A DNA stretch of 64,000 nucleotides. Source: Adineta vaga (taxonomy: Eukaryota; Animalia; Rotifera). Every line of letters begins with the position of its first letter. Within the stretch, counting starts at the first letter, position 1. The notes under the pieces are model-generated. The model saw nothing but the letters and a program-made list of their open reading frames with translations, ran no database searches and was not told the DNA's origin. A program made the translations under genes and the position numbers. This document shows, in pieces, positions 28,500 through 41,045 of this stretch. The DNA lies in NCBI GenBank assembly GCA_021613535.1, contig CP075495.1, forward strand, positions 13,888,001 to 13,952,000, in the 5' to 3' direction.

Positions 28500-29820
28500 T
28501 TCATTGAATGTTTACAATAAATGATTCTATTCATACGGCATAACAGATTGTCAAGCAAACGGAAGAAGAAACTGTTTTATTGTGTATCTAGAAAAATAAC
28601 CATCAGAACATCGGAAATAATATCGTTTTAGAAGAGAACTGTTGCATCAATGATGTTATCGACAATAAGAAATAATAACTTCGGGTAAAAACAATAGACA
28701 AAGAAAAAAAACTTGCAACAAATCATACTGAAGACATCGAAAATGGTTGATAATTCTTATTTTGCAGAATAATAATAACAAAATATGTATTTAGAATCGA
28801 CAATAGTATTGAAGATAAAATTTTACAGTATACGAAAAAAGTGTATGTTATCTTGTCAGATATCCTGTCTTAAATTTTAAATAATCGATGCATAGAAGGA
28901 GAATCTTTGGATTTTGCACTATTCTTTTCTATGGGAAAACTATTTGTCCATGATAAGAAAGTCTGACCATTGTTATTTCGTACCGTTTTCTTTCTGAAAT
29001 TAAAAATTGATTACCGTCATGTTTTCTCGCTAGAAAATAAGACATAAAAAATACCCATGGCGACGTAATGACTGTTTATTTTTATAGATCGAGGTGAACA
29101 TCTGTGATATATTCGATTTGTTCTCAACATAGAAAGAGAGATAAACATAAAGTTTGTTCATATTTTTCTACAGTAAATGATAAAATAACTGATCATGGAA
29201 ATGATCTGTGTTTGTAGATATTGATCATTGATAGACAAAAGATATCGCGTATGAATATGATATGTTTTAAGATTAATGTATAGCACCATTATAACGAATG
29301 GATTTTGACAAATTTCAAATTGTAAGATTGAGACTCTGAAACGAGATGCATTGGATGTACCGAAGTGTATTCGTAATGGTGATCTTTAGACTATACTGAC
29401 TGTATAACAAAAATCCTTTTTATTTTGTTTCCAAGGAGAAATTTCTGGCTCTAGTAAAAGTACTTTTCAATTAAAGTCTCTCAAATTCCCAGGTCAAAAC
29501 AGAACAGTCGTATACTATCGTTTACAAATGGATACGGACTTTATAATCACCGGATCTTAGAAGGAAAACAAATCTAAATTATCAATGATTTTTAATCATG
29601 CTTTCAATGTGAACATCATAAATGAATTGGCAAATGATCAATTTATTGGTATGCAAGACAAAACGCAAATGCATATCTCATGGAATCACTGGCACTGTTT
29701 CAGATGAATATGTTTACCATGGTAATGAGTACAATATAGAAGAAATTTGAAAATGAGTTGAATTACATCATACCCATGCGACTTCAAATTTTCTTTATTT
29801 ATACACATGATTAATTTATT
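28500..29820 (+). pseudogene. Decayed multi-exon gene remnant of unknown identity
   Basis: Several long coding-like frames follow acceptor-like sites and are broken by isolated stops, e.g. IITKYVFRIDNSIEDKILQYTKKVYVILSDILS*ILNNRCIEGESLDFALFFSMGKLFVH and GEISGSSKSTFQLKSLKFPGQNRTVVYYRLQMDTDFIITGS*KENKSK. Confidence 0.4.
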
Positions 29821-30129
29821 GGTAAATAAATCAAAATCTTCTTTCTTATTTTTTTTCTTTCAAATAAAACAAGTCCTAACCAATTATTGAATTTTCGTTC
29901 TGAATTGACCATATTCATCCTAAAATAACTTAAACTTTCTCGGTGTTAATCATGTTTAATTAATCGTACAGAAATATTTTATGTATACCGTTATCTACTC
30001 TTGTATCAGAGTACTGTCAACAAACAAAAATAGTCGTGTAGAAATTAGACCCTCGAATTGTATCGAGGGTTCATCTATTTTTGAAGGGTACACGTAAATA
30101 GAAACCTGCTTGTAATATATATATTAAAC

Positions 30130-31145
30130 TTACACCTTTACTAACATTCTATACGAAACGTGATTGACCTTTGATAGAATAAATCTCATCGATAAAATCA
30201 TCGTAAACAAGACTATTAACAGAATACCAATGATGTCTATAATAATATTGTATACAAATGAAACATGAAACAATTGATAATAATCCCAGACAGTAAACAA
30301 AATTAACAAATACCCTTGACTGTACATCTCGAAAATAGTCAACAGTACTTTTATCCGTCTTTTGATTACTAGATCAAGACATACAAAAAAGAAAACCCAT
30401 AATTATTTTAAAGAAATTACTAAACTTCTTCGTAATTGAACTTTTCTTAATTTAATTACCTAAAAATAAAATCATCGCTTGATGCAACGGACAAAAACAA
30501 TATTCAAGTACATTACTTTCGAACGATGAATAATAGTAATATAATTGACTCAATCTATTGACGACATTATATTATCGAACGATTTTCGAAAACAAAAATA
30601 ATGATTGTATATTATTAAATTATCCAACGATCGTCGAAAATCTTTTTTTTTCGAACCTTCCGTTATTATAAAGAATATTGTGTTTATTGTTATCTATTAT
30701 TACGAAATTTATTTTTTAAACAACAACTGATAATAGAATTGGTTAGGCAAACAAATCATCGTAATAGATTGTCTGAATATAATTGCCAAAGAAATGTATA
30801 TATTGTTGGATAATATGAACAGTATATTGCTGATAGTCAGAAGAACAGCTAGAAGAAGTAATTGAATGGCTTCTTCTTCTTTTTTTTTCTTTTTCTCGTT
30901 TCTTTCATACATTTTTTATTCTATCTGATGACAGAATCGACCTGTCAATACGATGCCCACATAGCAATAAGATTGACAAAATCGAATTCTATCATCAACG
31001 TCCAAGTGATTAACTTAACACATATCTTCCATCTGGCAGCAATGATGTTCTTTTATGAATGCCGTATGACCTACTATGTATATCTCACTTGTAATCATAT
31101 CCCCAATAGCAAGGACAACAAGAGAAGAAGAGCAAAAACTAATCT
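30130..31145 (-). pseudogene. Possible decayed class A GPCR-like gene
   Basis: Interrupted hydrophobic segments: SSSLVVLAIGDMI (TM2-like), YVGIVLTGRF (TM3-end-like) and QLLLLAVLLTISNILFILS (TM6-like), with stops and frameshifts. Confidence 0.25.
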
Positions 31146-31347
31146 AAAGACATGATTAATAAAATACTAGGCAAGGAATTATCCAGGTTATTATTACTCA
31201 TTTGTATAGAGTGAACAATGAATAAATGTCGTCTCACTGTGAATATTCTATCAAACCAAAATATTACTAATGCATAGTCATTTGAATGGCAAGTATATGG
31301 AAAAGTTCATGGCATATATTAATAAAAGATGAATAAATTGTAAATAG

Positions 31348-31372
31348 GATGATGATGATGATGATGATGATG
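31348..31372. repeat. (GAT)n microsatellite
   Basis: Direct reading of the sequence. Confidence 0.9.
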
Positions 31373-32146
31373 TCGACAACGAAAGACAGTATATAGTCTA
31401 TAAAAAACGAAGAAATTCAACATATTGAGATAATTACACATCGATGTTTTTAATGGTACTTAAAGCATTGTAAAATATTCAATCAGATATTAATCTATTG
31501 AATAGACGTCCTTGAGAAAATAATCTTTTGCAGATTTATTTGTCGACTTTATTTCTTTTTTCGTTCGAATCGATTAATGAAGATTTTCTTGAGAATAAAA
31601 TATTATAGTTTGAGATTCGATACTAAGAAGATCTGTATAATGTTAATATTGTTTTGCCGTTAGCTATACAACAAAAAATTGTCGACATTGATTAGTTAAA
31701 CAGAAACTTTGTTATAGATATCAAGATCTACATATATATATATAGATTAATTAATCAAAAAGCCAAGGTCAAATATTCTATAGATACCAATCATTGATGA
31801 ATTGCGAATCATCATCTTCGGCAAACAAACAAAAAAGAGAGAGAGAGAGAGAGCTTCCTAACTGAACTAATCAAAATTCTAATTATCTTTTCACGACTTC
31901 TAACAATTTAGATAATTTCTTAGTTGGAACTTGAACTCTACTTGACAGAAAAAAAGAGAAAAAGACCGGAAGAATTTCCTACACAAAAACTAATCGTTAT
32001 CGTTCAAAAATAAAGACAAGTCACAAATCATAAATATTTTCTTAACTAATTTATTCGTTACAGACGAAGAAAAAAACAAAAAGGACAATAAAAAATAAAT
32101 TCTTATCTCGTGTCGATGTTTTTTTGTTATTGAATAGACGAATAGA

Positions 32147-35100
32147 TCAAAACCACATAAACAAAATACTTGGCGTACACTTATAAGATAATTTTCTAAG
32201 TATATTCGATCGAATCCAATTTGCAATTATATCAGGCTCATCGAAATCACATTTGATTGTGAGTGATCGTAATTGTTCGACTGTTTTCTTTTGACTACCA
32301 ATGAATAATAATGTCAAGAATCGATAACAATCTTCCGTTGATGATACACTAACGGAAAGGATTTCTAATCGATGAACTAATTGATGGATAGGATGATACC
32401 GATCAAAATCATGAAAGATTTCATAAACAGTCAACGAACAAAGATTGTTTTTGATAACTTGAGATGATAAAGAAATGATTTTTGACCAACTATGATATGT
32501 TGAAAGTGTAATTGAATAAAGTTGAGTATATCTTTCAATGAGACTGAGAAGAAAGAATCGCGAACAATCATCTAATTGTACTGTTAAATAGCGAAGATGT
32601 TTGTGATCAATTATTGAATAAAGATAAAGAAGAAATGATTGTTCATGAAATGATTTATTTGATATGAGTGTTAATGATGTGACATTTGGATAGAGAAATT
32701 GAGAGAGATTTTTTGGAAGATCATTTGGAATTGTATCGATCAATATTCGAAGATCACGTACACAGGAATAAATATTATTATTAACGACAAATGCTTTCGA
32801 GGGTCTAATAGAAAAAGAACAAAACAAAGTACACATATACATACTTATCTATATAGACAGAGAAAATTGAAGGGAAACAAGAAATAGCACTTACACGATA
32901 TCAAGACGTTGTTTAAGATATGGTTTGGTATGTAAACGTAGAATAGTGTTAAATGAATATGTATAGATTTGAGATGTGAATAACCAATTTCGTTTGAGAA
33001 AAAATTCATTTGTTATAAATGTATTTGTATAGATTTGAGATTGAATAGGTAATTCAATCGAACAATGAAAATGTTCTAATGATACGAACGATTGCAATAA
33101 AGATTGCCATCGTTGATCATCAATATAATCAAGAGATGATTGACTTTGTGCATCTGTTTTAAAAAAGAATTTCAATGTATCTAAATGAATGAATTGATTT
33201 GTAAAGAATTCTTCAATTTGATGAAATGGTATATTATTAATTGTTGAAATTTTCAAATGACGAATTGATGAATGAATTGTAGGAAATTGTTTTATTGATA
33301 TTTGTTTCGAAAAATTTTGAAAATCTGTATAGATTCGAACTGTCAATGATTGAACATTGGGTATATAATTTAATAATCGATCTATATGAAAAGAAATGAA
33401 TATTAATATGACTCGATTTTGTTCATATTTTCTAAGTATTATAAGAATTCTTTCCGACAATGAATATAATAAAGAAAGATTATGCGTGCTTTTTGTTTTA
33501 TTAATAGGATATGAAACATAATGACACAAGGGAATTCTTTATTCTTGGGGTTTTTTCCGTTTTTATTTCAGATGGACATCAATCAAGATATGTTATCAAA
33601 AGTAGCTTAACTAATGTTTAGTATTGTCAATTATCAAAAGACAAAAGAAGAAGAAGAAAAAAAAAGAGAAAGATCCTGTCTAAGTAAACGATGTATGACA
33701 TTGAATTTTGACATTCATTAGAAGCTCCAGGAATCTGTGAAAAAAAGGTCTTTGAAGAGATGTCACATTCATTTTTCTTCGCAGTGTGATTTCAGTTAAT
33801 TAACACATTATCACTTTTCTTTTCGACTTGGATAAATGTCTGTTGTCTTAGCATCATTCCAATGATCTTTTGACAAACTGTAACAAAAGAACACATGTTC
33901 TATTCGAAACCCTATTATAAATTCAGAATATATATGTATACAGATCTGATCATTTGCATAACGTCAGAATTACAAAACAATAAAATCGAGTGTATACTAT
34001 CGTGACATTAAATTTCTGTCTTTTTTTTTGTTCGCTTTTAATAAAAGTATAAGAAAACAAATATATATATTGCTCGTTTGTATGCTATTCTACTAATCTC
34101 TCTCTCTCTCTATGGATGTATGTAAGTGTTTACTACTAGTCGACAATGTTCAAGGTCATTTCACGTACAAAATGGTTTCAATTTCCATTAGTGTGTCAAC
34201 ATTATATTAGACATCAGAAAAAGACATGACAGTCGGCGGTTTTTTTTTCTTCTGCTATTGAGAGAATATTTCAGTAAGACAAACAAATCGATTTCTAGTC
34301 AGTCTCTAACTAAATAGTTTCTTTCCTGCATTTTCTATATTTCTCCTTTCTTTTTTCTCTTTCTTCTTCTTCTTCTCCTCTCCTCTCCTCTTCTCTTCCT
34401 CTCCTTTTTCCTTTGATTCTTCTTATTCGCTGTTGATTATCGTTGCAAAATAGAGTTATTCAATAAAAAAAGAAAAAGAAATTGTTTTTTTCGAAAGATT
34501 ATTTTTAGTCTCTTTGATCCTTCTACCATTATGTATACATCTGATTATTCCTTGTTTTTTTTCATTTTAGAAATCCTTGCCATTGAGTGATTTTTCCGAC
34601 GCTAATATTGCACTGTCTGTATACTCGTCAAGAAGATACAACTACACCTAAAAGGTCGTTAAAGAACGGGAACTGGTCTGTGTACGCGCGTGTGTTTGTA
34701 TGTGTATGTGTGTGTGTGCGCGCGCTATTTTTCTTCTTCTTCCGCTCTTTCTTCATCCGATGGGGATGCAGACTTAGTTTCGTCAAGTGAGAAGATAGAC
34801 TATACACGCATACATCCCTTTCCATCATTCATTTCTTGATCGATGGCGATCATTGTGCGGTTCTTTTTCCATCTAATCTTATTGTCATGCATCTTTGTGC
34901 AATATTCATCAACAATGAATGATACGAACTATATTCTTTGTACATCACGATGTTCACAAGTTAACGTTTACTTTAATGATTTATTAAATTTACCCCCATA
35001 TTGTCGTGAAGAAAGTTCTTATGATTATGCATTATCCTGTGGTGTTACTTATGATATTCATTTCGATCGACAATATGTATCCATAGATTTTATCGCTAGT

Positions 35101-36436
35101 AATGATACAAATGATTTGGATAAACAAAGCTTGAAAGAAATTCTTACGCAAACGACTGAATTAAAATTTGAAACTTATACCGGATATGATTCCTATGCAA
35201 TAACGCGAAAGTTTACTTGCAATACAAACAAAGATTGTGCACGTGACTTCTATGAAAATACAATTTCGAAATTAGTTCATGATGGTAAAGTTACATTACA
35301 TACAATTAAAGATAAATTATATAATTCAACAGCATTAATTGGACCGGGATCACGACGACGTTGTACGGATAGTAATAAAAAAGGAAATAAAACCTCAGTC
35401 AAATGTGGTCATGGTTTATGTTATACACGTCTTGAAACTTACGAATTTGATTCCGGAAAAAATACAAAAAAACAAAAATGCCAGGAATCTGAAGGATCTT
35501 ATCTTCGTAGTGAGATCGAACGTCATTCACGAAAATCAACACGAGGAAAAGAAATATTGGAATATGTTTGTAATAAAAATGTTTGTAATCGAAATGATTT
35601 AATTCCAAAAATTCAACAACTTATTAATGATTATATTCAATGGAATCCTGTTCAAGAAGAAGCAAAAGAAACACCTTCATCATCACGAACTGTAGCAGAA
35701 AAAACTGGTAAAAATTTCTCAATAAAACAAACTATATTCTCGCCTATTTTAGTTTCATTTGTCATTCTTTTACAATTTTTCATTTGATTTTCTCACTCTT
35801 ATCTTTTTCTTTTCTTCATTCTTGTTTAGATCTAGTTTTCAAATAAAAATCTTATTTACCTAAACAATTCATTGTACAATAATCCAAGACAAGTGTTTCT
35901 AAACTTGTTGATGGATTTAAATCATCAAAATCATTGACATCGAGTAATGGAAGTTGACACAAACGTAATTTCGGCATTTGAGTAAATATTTTTTGCAAAA
36001 CAAATAATCGTTCTCGATCGAGGCCATTAAAATTTGTTGATTGAATTTTGAAAGTATTCATTTGTTGGATTATTAAAAAGAAATCTTTTAAATCAAATAA
36101 ACGTCGTAATTCATGTGAATTGACATGAGCTAAAGTTAATATTCGAAGATTAGTCATGGATTTAAATGAAATCCTTGAAAAGATATTAATAGTCCATTTA
36201 TTTGATATTTTAAGTGCATAAATTTGATTCGTTGATATTGTTTGAATAAGTTCTTCATATTGAAATTTTGATAAATGTGATAGATCAAGTTGGAATAAAC
36301 GTTGACAAAGCAATAGAGAAAAACGTTTATTTAAATTTTCAAAACTTTTTATTAAATTCTTTGCTGATAAATAATCAAAAATTTCATAGAAAAGTTCATT
36401 AGCTAAGAATTCAAATTGATTCTTACGTATACTCAT
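32147..36436 (-). CDS. F-box-like / leucine-rich (RNI-like) protein, 3 exons (36436-35860, 33381-about 32895, about 32804-32147)
   Basis: N-terminal F-box-like FEFLANELFYEIFDYLS..LIKSFENLNKRF. A phase-1 splice TTAG|gtaaat...catatag|AT joins to DRLLNYIPNVQSLTV, and a phase-2 splice GT|gtaagt...tattag|A joins to PSKAF. All three ORF-track fragments join in frame. Confidence 0.85.
34340..34415. repeat. Polypyrimidine (TTC/CTC)n tract
   Basis: Direct reading of the sequence. Confidence 0.85.
34843..35787 (+). CDS. Secreted, probably GPI-anchored Cys-rich protein (Ly6/three-finger-like CN motif), intronless, nested in the F-box gene intron
   Basis: Signal peptide, two Cys-rich halves ending CNTNKDC and CNKNVCN, a hydrophobic C-terminal tail with no cytoplasmic segment, and AATAAA near 35842. 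Confidence 0.85.
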   Translation: MAIIVRFFFHLILLSCIFVQYSSTMNDTNYILCTSRCSQVNVYFNDLLNLPPYCREESSYDYALSCGVTYDIHFDRQYVSIDFIASNDTNDLDKQSLKEILTQTTELKFETYTGYDSYAITRKFTCNTNKDCARDFYENTISKLVHDGKVTLHTIKDKLYNSTALIGPGSRRRCTDSNKKGNKTSVKCGHGLCYTRLETYEFDSGKNTKKQKCQESEGSYLRSEIERHSRKSTRGKEILEYVCNKNVCNRNDLIPKIQQLINDYIQWNPVQEEAKETPSSSRTVAEKTGKNFSIKQTIFSPILVSFVILLQFFI

Positions 36437-36474
36437 ATCTATAAGAAGAAAGAAAAGTATAACAGATTTTTTAT

Positions 36475-38805
36475 TTACAATTCTTTTTCAAAATCATCTT
36501 TCGTATAAACAGAAGAAATATCAATTAAACGTCGTGGTTGAATATAGTCAAGAAATATGAAGATTATATAAGAAAGTATAGCTACAAAACTCATGATAAA
36601 ACCACTAACAAATCCACATTGTTTATATCTAAATAGAATTTTAATTTCAATATAAATCTTTGTTTTTTATTTTTGTTCGGGGGGTTGTTAACAAACCTTT
36701 GAATACGTTCTTTTAAATTTATTTTCTCTTTTGTCATTATATGTTTATAAACAACTTCCGTATTTTCCGTTACATAACGCCATGAATACCAATTTTGAAT
36801 TTTTTCATGCCATTGATTTGCATCAGGTATTTGTCCAAGTTGAATTCGATCGATTGCATTACATAGACCATGAAAAACATCTATTAGATCAATTAGACAA
36901 TAATAAAAAACAAACAAACAAAAAAAACCCGACCATCTATGGTTGCTTCACAGAGAACCATTATATCTGATTGTGTATTTTCCGATGGAAGGACTTCAGG
37001 AATTCCACCAACTTTCGTTGAAACAACAAGTAAACTTGAAAATAAAAAGAAGCAAAACAAAAGACTTTAATCAAGTCATATTTTTCTATTTTGTCGATTC
37101 CTCGAGGATAAAGATAAGTTAATTAGAGCAGTTGGGAATCGATAACTTCTTCTCAAGGTTCTTCAGTCATTATTTTATGATATCTTTTCTATAGAAAGAT
37201 GTTTTCTTCCTACCCACAAGCAGCCGCTTCAACAATTGCCATACAAAATGCTTCAGTTAATGATGTATTCAAAAAAATATGACCACTGTTGAGAAAATCT
37301 CTCATTTTATCATGATTAACTGGACCCTCTGAAGAAGAAAAGAACAAAAAAAAGGAATATTGTTCAATAGATTGTTTATCATATCAACATTTACCTAATG
37401 CAACACGATCTTCAGTGCCTTCACGTTCAATTACTTCTCGAATATCAATTTCTTTTGGTCCATTACCAGCTAAAACATCAACAATATATATCTTCTATTG
37501 ATATAATTAGTTAAACCAACCAATTCTGAACTTAACAGTTGGATATTTTTGAAGTATTTTTGGCAAAATACCAATTAATAAATCAATTCCTTTTCGATAA
37601 ACAAGTCGACTAGCCACAATAATAACAACTAGAAAATCAAGAATCATCCATGTTTATTTATTTTTCTTCTTCTTCTTCTTCTTCTCTCTTCTTTTACTTT
37701 CATCAGCTAACGATGATGATGGACGAAGAGATATATCAGGTAGAAATGCGGACGCATCGACAGCATTCGGAATTACTGATACTTGCGATGATTTTAAATT
37801 AGCACGTAACATTGTGTTTTCTTTACTAAAAGAAAAAACAAAGCACAATAACAATAAAAGATCAAAGAACTCAATTTATGGAATTTCTTCCGGAATAGTT
37901 AATTATTCCTCTAAGTATTTGTTTTTCTCTACATATTTCCGGTTTTTATTAAATAAATCAAAAAGAAAAACGTCTTTTTAACTAATGGAAATGCTGTAGG
38001 TCATCAATCATAACGGGAATTCATTGTTGCTCTTTATTTTCTCACTAGGTAACCTTGAGGAATAAGATCGATGATTATCAAAAATGTCAAAAATTTTCAT
38101 TTTTTCACAAGAGAAATTCGAGAAAAATAAAGATATTAGTATCACTTACCAAGTATGTGATACACATATAACATGATGACAATCAACTAATGAAACTTGA
38201 AGAATTTTATTTGTTAATACTGAACTTAAATCAGCAAAACCAAATAATGAATGATCAGTAAAAACCGTATGAATACCAAGTGTTTTCGCATGATGCATAG
38301 TTTCATGAGCTAATGTTGAAAATGACTAAATCATCAAAGGAAAATCGATCAGATTTCAATAAAATCCTCATTTTTCTACCGAATGTCCATGAACAATAGT
38401 TATTTGTTCTCGAAGTAGAACCGAACGAATTAATGGTATTGTACTGAAAACAGTTGGTAAAATTGTATTATTATAAAAAGGTTTGTAAGGTAAATAATAG
38501 ACCTAATTAGAAAAATAATCGAAATTTTAAATAGAATCTTTGCTTGATGTTTACTTTAAGTCCATTGGTCATATAGCGAACACCTACACGATCATTATAA
38601 GCATGTGTAACAACGATCACTTTGTGATTACGGTCAATTAAACATTGTGATAATTGAAAGATGTGATTTTCTACTCCACCAATTAATGGATAGAAAAAAT
38701 CGGAAACCATACTAAAGGAAAAAGGAACTGAATTTTGAAGAAATAGTTTCTCTTTTTTTTCCTGACAGATATATACCATATATGATGTTTAATGAATGGA
38801 TTCAT
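36475..38805 (-). CDS. PIGA: Phosphatidylinositol N-acetylglucosaminyltransferase subunit A, multi-exon
   Basis: [100 protein letters not shown] and a C-terminal TM helix. Confidence 0.96.
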
Positions 38806-39750
38806 TTGATCTAGAACTATCAAATATATTTAATTGTCTTCATTGAGATAAGATCTACTATTCATCGTCTTTTTTCTTCTACTTCTGATAAAAAGATCGA
38901 TAAGCGTGTTCTTCGGTTCAATTCGAAATGCAAATATTGAATATTAATAGCCGAAACAACATGAAATAAAAAACAATGTATTTCTTTTCTCAGTGAAGCA
39001 TAACTAATAAATCAATTTGATGTCTTGTAAAGATCAAATAGTCTCATGAGAATCGCAATTGATTTATTTCCATCTAATATATTATTTATTATAATGATAT
39101 ACAATAACTTATGCTTCAATATTAATCTAAAATAAGAAAGAATTCGAATAGATATGTATTTATTCTTTGTAACCTATGACCATCATTTTCTTTTATCATA
39201 TGATTTCTAATAGTTCATTAATCGAATCCAAAGGAGAAAATCTTTTGATCAAATATTCATCCGTTTTCTTGTATGCATATCTTTTGTTTAATGATTAAAA
39301 CAAAAAAGAATGAGAGAAAAACGATAGACTAAAAGATAGTTGACAATGATCAATCAATTTTCTCATTTGACATTTAAGAAAACAAAAAAGAAAGGATTCA
39401 TCACACCGAAGAAAAATACTGCACATAAAAAATAAAAAGATCGAGGGTTTTTTCAATTGAATAGAAAAAGAAAAACGAGATAAACAATGTCACATCACGA
39501 TAGAAGAGAAACGAAATACAATTATATAGATAGTTTTTTTTAGAAAAAAAAAACAACAAAAAAGAGGAAAAATCATCTAAGATTCAGATCGGAATGATAA
39601 TAATATTGAAATGTTTTCTTTTTTGAAACATACAACATAGAAATGAGATACTTTCTCTTCGTTTAAGATACGACGAACAAACATCAAAGGAAAGCATTAA
39701 ATTGGAAAGAAAATGATTTTTTTCGGTTTGCTTGTTTGAGAACAATGAAT

Positions 39751-41045
39751 TTAACATTGACATTGATTTCCTTTTGCTGGAGAATCAGTAGCGCGAAGTT
39801 TTGTTGTATCTTTGGAATATTTACCAGCTGTATTACTATATGGACTTCCATTAGCATTATTATCATTGCTATCTTCAGATGCATCCGACATTTTCTCTAA
39901 GATAATATCCACTAGTCTGAAAAATTCCATCATTATTCATTTGAATCAAATCAAATCAAATCATTTCTTACCTTTCAAAAACAGCTTTGACATTAACATT
40001 CTCTTTTGCTGAAGTTTCAAAAAATTCCAAACCTAAAATAATAAAAATCAATCAATAGGATTTATCAAGAACTATTGTAAAGCAACACAAAGAAGGTCAT
40101 TAAAAAATTTCTATTCTCAAATGTTAGTACCGAGTTCGTTGGTAAATCTTTTTGCATTTTCTGTCTGAATAACTCTTTCATCTGCCATATCACATTTATT
40201 TCCAACAAGTATCACTGGAGTTTTCTCCCATGAGTGAATCTTTATTTGTAAAACCCTTGAAAATATAATATATATAATACAACACGAAAGCATAATAATC
40301 CCAAATAGATTATATAAAAACAAATATTTAAAGCGTACATCCACAAGAGATTTAAATAAAACTTTACCCAATTGATCAGCAAGACGTTGACCACGTTCTA
40401 GTGTTACAGCTCGATCTTGTTCCAAATCACATTTATTTCCAACAAGAACAACTTGTGCATTATCCCATGAATACATTTTTATTTGTGTACACCTGAAAAT
40501 AAGATTTGCTTGGATGTACGCTTTTCGTTCTTTTTTTTTCTTCTCCTCATTTATTCATCTACAAATTTGATCAATATCATTCATTTCAACTTACCAATCT
40601 TGTACAGCATTGAATGATTCTTCATTTGTAATGTCATACATTAAGATAAAACCCATTGCACCACGATAATATGCAGCTAAAAAGACATAAGATTTATTTG
40701 TGAAGAATGTAATGAATAAATAATCGTTACTTGTAATTGTACGATAACGTTCTTGACCAGCAGTATCCCATATTTGTAGTTTAACACGTTTATCTTGTCG
40801 AAATACGGTTTTAACCTTAAAATCAATTCCAACTGTACTAACAAATGCTGATGTAAATGAATCATCTGCATATCGAAAAAGCTAGAAGAAAACAAAAAAT
40901 AGTTTTCTTTCGATGCTAATTATCTTCATACAAATGATGTTTTTCCAACAGATGAATTTCCAATAATTAGTAATTTGAACATATAATCAAAATTTTGATC
41001 GGCTGCATCTTTTGCATTACCACCAGCAGTATTAGTTTGTGTCAT
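39751..41045 (-). CDS. Rab3: Rab3 small GTPase with a duplicated (mutually exclusive) fourth coding exon
   Basis: [83 protein letters not shown]-terminal CQC*. Confidence 0.97.

Noticed and set aside
30049-30070. 8-bp perfect hairpin ACCCTCGA-ATTGTA-TCGAGGGT, considered as a Helitron 3' end or terminator
   Set aside because: No downstream CTAG/CTRR terminus at the expected spacing and no transposase remnant; it could be chance.
40117-40476. ORF-track protein that looks like a Rab with an internal duplication and hydrophobic linker
   Set aside because: It is read-through of exon A, the 112-nt intron and exon B, not a real protein.
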